Positions 1-12,872 of a stretch of 64,000 nucleotides of DNA are shown piece by piece. The notes under the pieces were generated by a model. It saw nothing but the letters and a program-made list of their open reading frames with translations, ran no database searches and was not told where the DNA came from. Where the stretch lies: positions 35,202,718-35,266,717 of the forward strand of contig NC_069002.1 of assembly GCF_001194135.2 (NCBI RefSeq). The letters run 5' to 3'. This DNA is from Octopus bimaculoides. Taxonomy: Eukaryota. Made by a program: the position numbers and the translations under genes. The first letter of the stretch is position 1. Every line of letters begins with the position of its first letter.

Positions 1-122
1 TTATACGAGTTCATATCTCATAGAATTGAAGCTGTAATTACTGCGAAAGGCAGTCCTATCCCATATTAAAATAAATGTGTTTCAAATTTTAAGTTGTTTC
101 CATTATTTTGTCCACCTCCTGC
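1..122 (+). mobile_element. Tc1-family DNA transposon, 3' end remnant
   Basis: Frame 1 reads LYEFISHRIEAVITAKGSPIPY*, matching the Tc1 transposase C-terminus (L..SMPRRI.AVI.AKGG.T.Y*). It is followed by a TIR-like ccattattttgtccacctcctgca next to a TA-rich run. Confidence 0.7.
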
Positions 123-131
123 ATATATGTG

Positions 132-181
<50 letters not shown>

Positions 182-615
182 CATGTATATATAGATATAT
201 ACATGTACGTAAATATATATATATTTATTCAGTAGTCCTTTCTGGACTGTTTTATTATAAGTGTATACCTACTCATAATATATTTTGCTCCCATCTTTGG
301 AACAATAGTGAAACATTTAGCCAGTAATAGAGAAGATTTATACGCAAGAACTTTGAGTTTTCTTTGCGTCGCTTATTATTTTCTATCACGATTGACTAAC
401 TCGTTGGATCCTGATTTCTTTCCTTCTATATTTTAAATTTTGTTTTGTTTTGTTGTATTTTTAGGATTCTATTGGCGAGTTTATGGCTGATATTTTATGG
501 TTTATGATACACGCTAGATGGTTAATACGGGAATAACCTATTTAGTTCAAAGAGAGCTATGATTCTTATGGGTAGAGTTAATACACGCAATAGATTAGTG
601 TTCTTTGCAAACAGG

Positions 616-618
<3 letters not shown>

Positions 619-695
<77 letters not shown>

Positions 696-981
696 CATAT
701 ATATATATATATATATGTATGCATATATATATATATATATATATATATAATGTGTGTGTGTGTGTGTTTATATATGTATATATATTTGTGTGTGTATATA
801 TAATTACACACACACGCATACATATATACAAACACGCACACATATATATCCATATCTACATGTATACATATATATACACTCTTGCACACACACATATCTA
901 TATATAACATGCGTATATGCATAAATATGTGCACATATCTACATGCATACGCATATTTTTAAGTACATATATATATACATA

Positions 982-1049
<68 letters not shown>

Positions 1050-1075
1050 ATATGGATAACATATATATATAGTGA
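619..1075. repeat. (TA)n/(CA)n/(TG)n compound microsatellite field, representative of dozens across the window
   Basis: Directly visible dinucleotide runs; these give rise to the [12 protein letters not shown] ORFs. Confidence 0.95.
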
Positions 1076-2665
1076 TGTGTGTATATATGTATGTGTGTAC
1101 ACATTTATATACATATATCTATATATACTACTATATAACAGCTACTTAATTTCTACATTGACAATACAAAAGAAAATACCCGTTTTGTACGAAGTTCAAT
1201 TATTATCTGGCATCAACATGTTAATCTTCTCCGTTAGATAAGCCATAGACTTAAAACGAATTGTTTCTAGAAACGAAATCATTCAAGAAACGAAACACGT
1301 TTTAATGCGTGACTATTTGTCACACAGCATACTTGCGGTATCAACATTTATTTATAATAGATTTTCCCTATTTATTGTCACATCATCTGAGCGCGCGAAG
1401 TGGATGATTATCTAAGTATGCTTTTAGATAGACGCCATTAATTTCTTCCATTACATCAAAACCACCTGATTTCTTAGAGCGAAACCATTAAGATAGAAGA
1501 AAGCTATCATAGATAAGCGTTTCAAATGATTTGCTTCCCAATATTTCACTCCGTTGTAATAATAACTTCCTTTTGTTCCAGGAGAAGAAAGTGGACAGAA
1601 TGACATAGTTTTCATGATAGTCCAATATATGTTTGATTGTAAAGTAGTTCAGTTTTCCATAGCATTGTAAGTGAAGAACAACTTAATGAATGGACGCCAA
1701 ATGAAGGTATTTAAAGGCTTTATAGTATAACTGATTAATGTACAATTGGCTATAATTGTCAAACGCTATCTGTATCTATTGGATTCGCTTCTAATAACCA
1801 CTGCGATCGTTAACAGCGTCACGAAAAGAAAGTAAGAAAAATTATAGAAAGCCAGCAACAATTTCACACATTGCAAAATCAACCGATATATATGAGGAAC
1901 ATTATAGTAACGGTTATTTATACAGAATATATTCAGAACCCAACAATCAAAGTACATATGGCATCGAAATTCTTTTGATATTCTATATGGAAAAACTGAA
2001 CACAATACGTTCCTAAATAGATCCGATGTTTATGAACGTATTATATTTCATTTCTGACATAATATTATTTCTCAATTGTTGCTATGTTATTATATTTAAA
2101 TAATTATTATTAAATATCAATAATATATCTACACAGAAAGATATAGTACTCCATATAGTGTCTGAGAATTTACATTAAAACATTTGTTAAATATATTTTG
2201 TATTAGATAAAGTTCGAGCTTAAAGAATATTGCTAAATGTGTAACATAAACATGTTAAAATATTTAGGAAATTAAGTAAAATACATCGGAAATGTGTCCG
2301 CTATATTAGTATGAACAACAGAGTAAGATACTTTTGTTATCGTCAGCTGTAACGTGAATAGGATTTCGGTACGCAGAAATACACACACGAAATACGTGCT
2401 TTAAATAGGTGTTCGTTCCTTTGTTTTTTTTTTGATATCTTGATTTTTATTCTTTGATAAACGGCTCGCCTGAAACGTTAGTCTCCTCCTCTCTCTTTTG
2501 CGGTGCACAGACCACTGTGTTCAACGTTTATTGTTATTTGTTTGTGTGTATGCGTGTGTGTTTGTGGTGTGCGTGTATTTATAGAGTGGTGTATATAATA
2601 TGTATATATATATGTATACACACATATAAATAAATAAATATACATGCACACACACACACACACAC

Positions 2666-2716
<51 letters not shown>

Positions 2717-3887
2717 ATTCTGAATTTGTGTGACGGTGTATAGAATAATATATCAGTTGAATAAAGATAAAAAATGGTCTGATTTTCATGTTCATTTTAT
2801 ATGTTAACATTAAAAGATATTTAGTAATGTTCTTAAAGTTCAGTTACTGCTTGTATACGTTCGTAGTAATCATCAGATTAAATACATTTTGAAATCTGGT
2901 AATTACTACGAACGTATGACAGCAGTAAGGGAACTTTATGAACATTACAAAATATATTTTAATGTTAAAATACCATAATAAAAAACGTGAAAACCAGACC
3001 ATGTTTTAAATTAATCCAACTAAATATATATATGAATCAGTTGAAAGTTTCGAATTCTCATACGTCGTCTAACGAGAGTAATGTCCGTCATATATATGGT
3101 ACTTTATCTTGCCGATGTCAGCTTCTTGCTACTCTGTTTCACCTGTTAACAAACAGGATCTTTATACAAAATCCTTTATGCCTACGAGCGAAACCTGGAA
3201 GTGAGACGGGCGGGAAGATATGCTGGGCTCATAATGTACCTTTCAATCTTATTTCTTTAATTTATTGGAAAAAATAACCCTTTTCACTGGAACGAAACCA
3301 TTTTTATATTGGAATACATCTTCCAATTAGAATTATGTAAAAACATTTTTTATTTAATGATACTGATTTCATCATCAAACTGTTCAGTATTATGTCTGAC
3401 CAAACGAAAATGAAATATTATTAATCTTTTACATGTTATTGAATACTCGTTTTCCGAAACCTAAAACTAAGCGGGTATATCAGTGTTTCTGTATGTGTTT
3501 GTGAGTGCTTACGTATGTATATGTGCGTAAGCATCATTGCAATTCTTAAGCGAAGAGTTCAAAGTAAGGAATTAATTAGTTAATTAATTAGTCATAAACT
3601 ATTTTCCATTAATGCATTGGCATAAACTAATTAAAGTTCAATGCTTACGGTAAATGGACTTTGAGGCTTTCTGAGTTGATATTTGTGTAAATCCCAGATT
3701 AATCACGTGCAAATCGGAGACGCTGTTATACTTTCAATATAAAAGACTGCCATGTCCACAAGGTTGTTCATTCTGGATTGTTGGATGTAGTTTGGGTGAG
3801 GTTTCGCTAATATTGCTGGTTGAGTGAGTTATCCCATATATTCATTCCTTTGGTAAATAAACGTTTTATAATTTATGATCCGTCATG

Positions 3888-4269
3888 NNNNNNNNNNNNN
3901 NNNNNNNNNNNNNNNNNNNNNNNNNNNNNNNNNNNNNNNNNNNNNNNNNNNNNNNNNNNNNNNNNNNNNNNNNNNNNNNNNNNNNNNNNNNNNNNNNNNN
4001 NNNNNNNNNNNNNNNNNNNNNNNNNNNNNNNNNNNNNNNNNNNNNNNNNNNNNNNNNNNNNNNNNNNNNNNNNNNNNNNNNNNNNNNNNNNNNNNNNNNN
4101 NNNNNNNNNNNNNNNNNNNNNNNNNNNNNNNNNNNNNNNNNNNNNNNNNNNNNNNNNNNNNNNNNNNNNNNNNNNNNNNNNNNNNNNNNNNNNNNNNNNN
4201 NNNNNNNNNNNNNNNNNNNNNNNNNNNNNNNNNNNNNNNNNNNNNNNNNNNNNNNNNNNNNNNNNNNNN
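3888..4269. other. Assembly gap (N run). Others at 23844-23943, 38421-38575, 41156-41863, 44898-45189, 54686-55040, 56052-56425, 59500-59611, 60872-61102, 62440-62968
   Basis: N runs, nearly all flanked by (TA)n or (TG)n, consistent with unresolved microsatellites. Confidence 0.99.
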
Positions 4270-4373
4270 ATATATATATATATATATATATATAAAATTG
4301 TTAAAAATGTTATTAGTGACAAATATATAAAAAATATAGGCCTATTTAAGTGAAATCATAAATACAATTATAA

Positions 4374-4525
4374 TTAAGGGACTAGAAAAAATTCTTGCCT
4401 ATATGCTGAAAGGAGACGCAAAATGGTCAAACCACGTCAAATAATAACAGTGATGATATTTAATTTAGTTTGACGATTTAGCGTCTCCTTTCGGCATATA
4501 GGCAAGAACTTTTCTATGCCCTTAA
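4374..4525. mobile_element. Palindromic MITE, TTAA-flanked with GGG...CCC termini (Kolobok-like end geometry)
   Basis: Arms 4366-4432 and 4468-4533 are reverse complements at roughly 90% identity. TTAA lies at 4374-4377 and 4522-4525, immediately outside GGG and CCC. Confidence 0.6.
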
Positions 4526-5549
4526 TTATAATTATATACATGTATTATGCGTGTGTTTGTGTGTGTACTTCTGCTATACTATATGTACGCAAGCCCATGC
4601 GCACTCCGTCACGCACACCCGCGCAACAAAATCTAAAGCAGACAAACGCGGTCTTTGTTACGTACTGAGACGAGAGTCATTGAAAATGTTGCAGGAAGCA
4701 ACGAAGGATTTTATTCCAGGTTTACATAACTGTAAGGCCGCCATAAATACTAATCAGCATAATTGTGAGAAAGACGGATACGTGTATCTAATCAGTGTTT
4801 TACTCGTTAGAAATTGAAGTAGACTAACGACTTTAAGAGTTTTAAGCGTTTGCTTAATGAACATGGTGCACGGCTGGCAACATTTCTTTGTTGAGTTACG
4901 ATACGTATAAGCAAATTGGTATTGTTTATCTGGATTCTCGAAATGTTTTTTTTTTGTTTTTTTTTTCCATTAAAGTTTCATTACTAACACAGGCGAATAA
5001 TGCATGCTAACAACCGAGTCGACTACGTTGGTGATTACACGGACGAACTTTTGAAACACTACATTTCAGAGATCTCAAACAGGAAGATAACATATGTGAA
5101 TACAAGCCGTATATATCTTAGATGTAATATTTTAACATATACAGTGGAAGAAGCCTGAGCGTGGCAGTAGACGACAGGGAGGGAACACTGTGGTAAGAAA
5201 TATATAGCTGATATTATATCGTTATTATAGTCATAAAAGCGGAAGTACTTTTAAACAATATTCATAAAGACAATACCGAGAAAGCGAGAGACAGACGGGG
5301 ACCAACGCACCAGGGAAATCGCAATTATAACGATGCAAATTAAATAAACTTTTCTGACCTAAATTGGCAGCCACTCAGATGCATTTACTGTGATTCTTGA
5401 AATCGTTTATTACAGCAACCATACCGATTAGCTATTACATCCAAGCCGTACAAATATATACACTACAGACGGAGAAATATTGTCTATCCGTATAATACTA
5501 TAATTTTATGTATGAAAATGTAAAGTTTTCAAACTAATTAGAATATATA

Positions 5550-5935
5550 TAGGCGTACGCGTGGCTGTGTAGTAAAAAGCTTGATTCCCAATCACATGGT
5601 TCCGGGTTCAGTCCCATTGCATGCGATTTTGGCACGTGTCTTCTGCTATAGCTTCGGGCAGACCAATATGCTGTAAGCATATTTGGTAGACGGAAACTGA
5701 AAGGAGCCCAACGGGGGGAGGGGTGTCTTTGTATTTGTGTTTGTCCCCCACCATCGCTTAACAACTGATTTTGATGTATTTATGAACGCTTAACTTAGCG
5801 TTTCCGCAAGAGAGACCGACAGAATAAGCCCCTGATTTAAAACAAGTACTGGGAGTCTATTCATTCGATTAAAAGTCTTCAAGGTCATGCCCCAGCATGG
5901 CCGCAGTCTCATGACTGAAAACAGTAAGAGATAAA
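5550..5935 (+). mobile_element. tRNA-derived SINE family A, near full length
   Basis: A-box-like gtggctgtgtagt and B-box ggttcagtcc, central ttggtagacggaaactgaaag, tail cagcatggccgcagtc..tgactgaaa. Recurs many times in the window. Confidence 0.85.
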
Positions 5936-8128
5936 TGATACAGGAATCGATCAGTTTAAATGTCGAATAAACTCGACAGGGACATTAAATAATAAATAAA
6001 ACGTAGTTGATATCCAGCGCTCCATGTTTGATATTGTTTGAGCTGAGGCTTATCTGCTTCAAATCTTAATTCATTTCTTTGCCAACAATGTTGCATTTAA
6101 TTATGGATGACGCAGTTTGGTGTTAGAGCAAATTTAACCGATCTCAAACACTAGGTTTATCATGAGGTATCAACTAAGGCGAGTCATAAAAGGAAGCCAT
6201 ACAAATGGTTTCTACTTTAAACTCCTATGCATGAACTTTCTGACAAAAAGAAAAATGGGTAGAAATGATAATCAGGAAAAAAATCAGCAATTTGGTACGT
6301 AGAAATTGTCTACTACATATGCACCGCTGATTAGAGCCTTCAATGAGTTTAGAACGGGATGCCCTGCTTCAGATCAGGCTCGGAAAGCTAATAAAAAGGA
6401 AACAAAGAGAACTATTGAGAAATATTGAGCTAAAAGGAAATGTAGTGGAACTATAATTACGTGTATATGGATAACACCGTTACTCTTCCATCTGTTCTCT
6501 TTCTATTTTTTTAATTCCTTCCAAGTATACTTTACTTAGGGAATACTCTTATACATCTTTGACTAATCATGCATCCGGGCTGCTAATGGTGTATTCCATA
6601 GCATTTCTAATAACAGATTGCTTGACAATATTTGCTTCTAAAGAATCGGTGAATGCAATGTTGACACAGTTCATTAGCGAGAATATTCGTTCAACGAACC
6701 ATCAGGAATGTAGAACGAATGTTAAATCAATCATAAAATTGAGTAACAAATAACATTTTGGATTTTGAAACCAAACTTTTATGCCTTTAACTTGTATTAT
6801 TATTGAGCAATTTTTTTTGTAAACAACTTAAATTGCCTGCTCTTAAACGATAACTTCTCCATTAATCATCAAATTCATTGAGAATGTTTGCTGGTTTTGG
6901 TCTCATAATCTACCTTTGTTTCTTATTTCTTTAGTTTAGAAAAAATAAACGGCTTTACTGAAAGGAAACCATTTTCTTATTTGAATACATCACGAAGAAT
7001 TACAATTAAGTACCTTTTATTCTTTTTCTATGATACTGATTCCATCATCAAACTATTCACTAATTAAATGTGCTATTGCATTGACTGCAATGTAAACATC
7101 ATTAATATTTTTATAATTACATTTATTGCTTGGATCAATTCCTCATAATTTAATCGCTTTCAGTAATTAATCTTTAATAAAGAAACTAAAGAGATTTGTG
7201 TATTCTGTTGATGTCATTAGACTATATGCTGTCACCTGAAACCCTCTGACTAGTTTTCAACATTCTCTACCATCGCATTCAATAGCACGTCCTAACACAA
7301 AAAAAAAATGTGCTTTCTTGCATGGTGGTTTACTATGTTGTGTGCTCTCCAGGCACCATCGCGCATTGCTAGCTTTTGATTAAATTCGGGAATAAAAATT
7401 AAAACATTTTTTTTCTCATATCGCTCTTATAGCTCAAACGCGAGAAATCCATCTGCTTATGCAAATTTATGCTTCGAACGCAACTTGTTGCAGAGTCTTT
7501 TTAATGAGACTGGATATTTGTTTTTCTTGTTGCTCCAACGAAATAAGATGTTGAATCTTTTAAGAAAAACTTCTAAATGTTTAAGAAAGAAGCTGATAAC
7601 TTTACTATCGCCAAGATCGAAAACATAACAGCATTCCAAAACAAAACCAGAAAAAAAACATTATTCTGCAATAGTCTCTGGAACCTACTTTTGGAACCCA
7701 TCATTGAAGAACTACTTAGTTTGCTAATCTGATGACATTTCAAAGATATATATTTCCTTCGACTACCAATATTTTGTTCTACGGAATACATTGACATGTG
7801 TTTTCTTCCGTTACTAGTGAAATATATATTGTATCTGAAATGTCTTCAAAGTGTAACCATGTGAATATATTTGAAATGTTTCGAAATATATTTTCGTGAA
7901 GAATCTAGATTCTGTTCATGTAAGAATGACTCTACATAATCGCACGTGTGAAAGCATGGTAAAAACAAAAACTCGTTCCAAACACTAAGAATAGGTGAAG
8001 AATATTTTGCCTCTTGAAATAAGTGGAATGATGGAATTTTCTTCAAATATGGTACAGTGCATATAATATACAAATGTAGTGAGCTTATGAATCCTGTGAA
8101 ATTGAACTGCTCCTACAGAAGTCACTGT

Positions 8129-8489
8129 GTTGTTGTTGTTGCCACTCCGTCGCTTAGAACGTCGAGGGTTCCAGTTGATCCAATCAACGGAACAGCCTGC
8201 TCGTGAAATTAACGTGCAAGTGGCTGAGCACTCCACAGACACGTGTACCCTTAACGCAGTTCTCGGGGATATTCAGTGTGACACAGTTTGAATTACAGGC
8301 ACAACAGAAACAGGAAGTAAGAGTGAGAGAAAGTTGTGGTGGAAGGGTTCGCCACTATCTCCTGCCGGAGCCTTATGGAGCTTTAGGTGTTTTCGTTCAA
8401 TAAACACTCACAACGCCCGGTCTGGGAATCGAAACTGCGATCCTATGACCGCGAGTCCGCTGCCCTAACCACTGGGCCATTGCGCCTCC
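8129..8489 (-). mobile_element. tRNA-derived SINE family C with (CAA)n tail, full length
   Basis: Minus strand: GGAGGCGCAATGGCCCAGTGG (A box), GTTTCGATTCC (B box), ending in caacaacaac. A 3' fragment of the same family is at about 53895-54000 (+). Confidence 0.85.
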
Positions 8490-9319
8490 ACAGCCACTGT
8501 GTAAAGTAAAGCTAAACTGAATTACTTGGCAAAAGGGTGCAACGTAGTACGCACACCAATGCGTACTTACATTCGCACTCATACACCCATACACACATGT
8601 ATACATAAATACGTACATTAATATGCATCAAATGCATATGTCTATGTGTATGTGCGTGAGTTTATAACTTAATGTATGTGTTCAAGTGTATGTAAACATG
8701 TGTTCATGAATGCATGTATGGATGGATGGATATACGCATGCATGTATCAATTCGAGTGTATTCGTATCGTGGGAAATTAAGAACTATGGAATTGATACTT
8801 TAAGTTCAACTCATTATTAGATTGATACTTCGATGAATATCGTTTAAATGCTCACATTTTAAAAAATAATAACCAGATCAAATTTCATTTATTGAAGCAT
8901 CTTCGGTTAGTGGAAGCCGAGATTTTCAATTAAAAATGTTATTTCATTTACCAACATTCGCTTCAACCGGGCAGTGAGCTGCTGGATTAGTAATGATAGC
9001 AACAGCAACAATCATGATAATAATAATGCTACTGATAATAACAATGATAATAGTGATTAGCCTGGAGACAGACACACACACGCATGCGACAGCGTTTACA
9101 TCCTTCTGGCAGAACATATACAACCGCATTACCACTTCTACCACCGCCGCCGCCATACTGGAAATAGCTCGGAGGTAATGCTATTTGGAGACTGCGTCAT
9201 GTTTCTGTCTTTCGTTTCCCTGTCTCTATCTTCCTCTGGCTGTCAATTCAATGCCTGCCCCTTTCTGACACCTTCCAGGCGGCAAATCATGACGAACTAA
9301 TTTAGAACTTCTCAAAATA

Positions 9320-10320
9320 AATCTCCCACCCACCAGAAAATTATGGTGCCTAGGATATCTGATGCTTATCCAAGGGACCAGACAACTGGTTGACTCGGTG
9401 CGATTATAGCACAGCCCTGGATACCAACCATGGAAATAGCCCCAGTGGCATTAGGTTCTGACACTGTGCTCGAAAAGTCTTCAAATCAGGACTACCCTTC
9501 TCAAGAACCTGTAGCAAATCAAATCAGGATTAGTCCCGAAACTGACGCGCAGGAACAACTACCAAACCTATCTCAAAGAAATAGAAATACAAGACAGAAA
9601 TGTATTAAGGATGAATATATCGAGGTTATGCATGCTTATTAATATTCAACACTGAATCCAGAAACATCAACCTCACAAAAAAGAGACCTACAATACCTGG
9701 AGATGTAAAAACCCGCATAGCAGGCTGTGCCTGGACAGTAAAAAATAAAAAGCTAGGAGCTGTGAGACGTGATATCCCAAAAATAAAAGACTAACTGGCA
9801 AGGAAATTGACAAAATAGTCGGATCAGTATAACACACATTCAATGATACCCACAGGCAAAAAGCTCTGAAATCACGAACCCAAACCGGCAAATTACGTAC
9901 ACAGAAACCTATGAAGGTGGACCATCAGTTAATACTAAAAACAGTATAGATAATCGAGTCAGCAATGAACTTTTAGATGGAATACTAGAACAATATTTAA
10001 TACGACTACATCAACCTTTCCACGAAAGAGCCCCACTTCCTAAATTATACTAACAGGAACAGAAAAGTAACCAAAGAAGTTGATCAAGCACTTGGAAAGC
10101 TGATACAACTCCTTGACAATAGCAGAGAAAATGCCCTCGGAGTGATTGATCAACTCATTTATCCGGCTACTTACGTTGCAACTCAGACATTCGGTATTAA
10201 AATTAGAGATAGGCGAAAACGTGCAATGTACACAAGCAGCCTGCATGGATGGAAAGAATAAACCGGCAAATAATCCAACTAGGAGCTGATATATCTTTTC
10301 TACTTGAAGCAAGCAAAGGG
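9320..10320 (+). mobile_element. R4/Dong-clade non-LTR retrotransposon, 5' ORF portion, decayed
   Basis: Across frameshifts it reads RQKCIKDEYIEVMHAY*Y...TYNTWRCKNP...KLGAVRRDI.KNKRLTGKEIDKI...HERAPLPKL...QPAWMERINRQIIQLGADISFL, which are N-terminal motifs typical of R4/Dong ORFs. Confidence 0.7.
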
Positions 10321-11302
10321 AAAGCTAGTAAAATTTTAAATTGGAACATTTCAATCTTTAGACTAAAGCGCAAGAATTATGTTTCGATGGTAGAATTGAA
10401 TTAGTAAAATGCGTTTAATATGTTGTAATCTCTTCTATGTCATTTTAGCGTTATTTGTTTGGAAATTATTTTAATCTGCTTCGTGTTTATTTTAAGAAAA
10501 ATCGAGAATATTTTAACTTGCGTCCACATAAATTCAATTGGTTCGGTAAAAATTGTACAAGCAATTGGTTGAATTGAAGCAGTAATAGCAATGATTAATT
10601 TAATATATTTAGTGTAACAGAATATCTTAGCACATTGAAATTATTTTTACTTCCGATTTAAATTTATCTTGATTAATTTGAAAAATTCTATGCAGTCTTT
10701 TCTAAACTAATATATGTCCAACTGAAGAATGTGACACACATCAAAAGACAAAAGACTTCAAAATCTTAATGTCTGATGACAGTTGGTGCTTTAAAATGAT
10801 TTCCTGTTTTTGATTTGGTTAGAATTAATTTTCATTTTAGTTTGTGTGCTTTTTCAGTCTTCCATGGCTTCAGTCAACAGAATGCAATTCTTCTGAGCGT
10901 GGGTGATACGCATTTATAGACAATCATATTCGTTTCAGTGCGATACTTGTTTCTTGGTTTCTATAGTGTGGTGCGAAAGAGAAATTGCATGTTAATCCTA
11001 GAACATAGTTTTCCTGGTGAACGCTACTATGAATGACAATATTCCTTGACTAAAACCAAGGAAAAACCAGGGCAGAAGGAATATTTCTTCGGTTAATATT
11101 GTCCGATTAACGAACACAATGCTCTCCACCGTCTCAAAAATAAATGACATACATTGCACCCCGTACCTTGATAGCAACACACCTGAAACGTTTATTTAAT
11201 TAAAACAAACACCAATTATAGCTGATGCAGGACGATTTTAAGAAATTAAGTGAACAACTAAGGGGAAAATACAATAAAGAGATGATATTGGTTTCTAATT
11301 AA

Positions 11303-11503
11303 GGCACAACACCAGCAAAATCCTGAGTGGGGTTATGCCGATTACGTCGACCTCCAGCGCTCGAAGGGAACTTATTTTATCGACACCGAAAGGATGGCAG
11401 GCAAAGTCAACCTCGGCGAAATTTGAACTGAGTACTTAAAGAAGGATGAAATGCCACTAAGCATTTACTCCGTCACGATAACAACTGTGGCCAGTTTACC
11501 ACC
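11303..11503 (-). mobile_element. tRNA-derived SINE family B (Deu/Nin-domain-like core)
   Basis: Reverse complement of the family motif gagttcaaattccgccgaggtcgactttgcctttcatcctttcggggtcgataaaataagtaccag. Confidence 0.8.
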
Positions 11504-12504
11504 TTAATAAACAGATGATATTGAAAGTTATATAGGAACAGATAAATGTATAGGCATACATGTTTAAAAAACGAAAATGTGGAATTGGTGTATCTCTTAT
11601 GCAAAAATGCGTGGAATTTAGTATGAATGGTCGTGACAATATTTCAGTTTGAATTCATTGTTTTGGACACTGCATCAGCTTATAGTCATAGACTCGCTCG
11701 ACCAGGAATGAACACAAACTAAGCTGTAGTTTATGTTTCGGTGCCGTTAGCAGAGTCCACGCTAATGCTAAAATTCATACCAGGTTTTGGGCATGAGAAT
11801 AACTTCTTCCTTTTCTCTCACCGGTCTCAGATTCCATACAAAAGGTCTGGAGAAATACCGTTCCAATCTGACTCAATTCTGAAAAGAAATATTAGATGGC
11901 ACAACTAAAACAAAAAGAAACATTTTCTTCTTGAAGCCTCGGCATAATAAAAGGCCATAGAAACAATTGCATTAAAAACCACATCAAAAGCAGTTGCTAA
12001 TTAGTTAATATTAAAAAGTAGAATAAACCAAATCAGCAAATTCGTGCTGAACAATTAGAATGCAAATCAGTGAAAAGTTGTATAGAATGCTGAGGTGAAT
12101 GAGCGAATTTTGAATCCAGTCTTAGTTCGTTAAGCATCATAATGTAATAAGAGAGATCATTTTCACCCTTTTGTGCAAGATTCTCGAACGATTCTATTAG
12201 AATTTTAATTTCGCAACTATTCACATGGCTATTAACTATTTTTCAGGTTATTAATGGCAACTCTATTCCAACACAATAGATTTGTGCTTTATTCAACTGC
12301 CTTTATCAACATTTTTTGTTTTATTAGATACGTTCACATGTGTTTTCCAATCGTTGATAGCGAAATATATATTGCGTTTACAAATATACCCATGCGAAAA
12401 TATCTGAGGAATTTCGAATGATATTTTCGTGTGGAAATATCATTCGAAACACATAATTTTAGATTTCTCTCAAAAAGGAATAACTCTACATTATCACTCA
12501 GAAA

Positions 12505-12652
12505 CGTTCTGAGTTCGAATGCCGTAGAGGTCTACTTTGCGTTTCATCCTTCCGGGGTCGATAAAATAAGTACCATTCGAGCAGTGGGTTCGATGTAATT
12601 GACTTTACCACTCCCCGAAAATGTCTGGCCTGGTGCCAAAATTTGAAACCAG
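12505..12652 (+). mobile_element. SINE family B, 5'-truncated
   Basis: ctgagttcgaatgccgtagaggtctactttgcgtttcatccttccggggtcgataaaataagtacc. Confidence 0.8.
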
Positions 12653-12768
12653 TATTTATAGTTAATGCAGACGAACTTTAAGAAGTTAATTAAAAAGTGA
12701 AAATACAGTAAACACTTGAGATTGGATTCACATGTTTCCTTTAAACCACAGAATTCTTTCTTAAACAG

Positions 12769-12872
12769 GAGAATATATATTTGAATCAGTATCAAATAAA
12801 AATACACAAGATAGTAATGGTACAAGCGACTTAGAGCATACATCCACTCAATTAGCACTGACCTCAGTTTAG
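12769..12872 (+). CDS. Candidate terminal exon of an unknown gene, ending ...LALTSV*
   Basis: Acceptor ttctttcttaaacag|G. The frame opens at the acceptor and reads (G)EYIFESVSNKNTQDSNGTSDLEHTSTQLALTSV*. No upstream partner exon was identified. Confidence 0.2.

Noticed and set aside
8400-8489. tRNA-like sequence with A and B boxes
   Set aside because: It continues into a SINE body and (CAA)n tail, so it is a SINE head, not a tRNA gene. The same applies to the other SINE heads.
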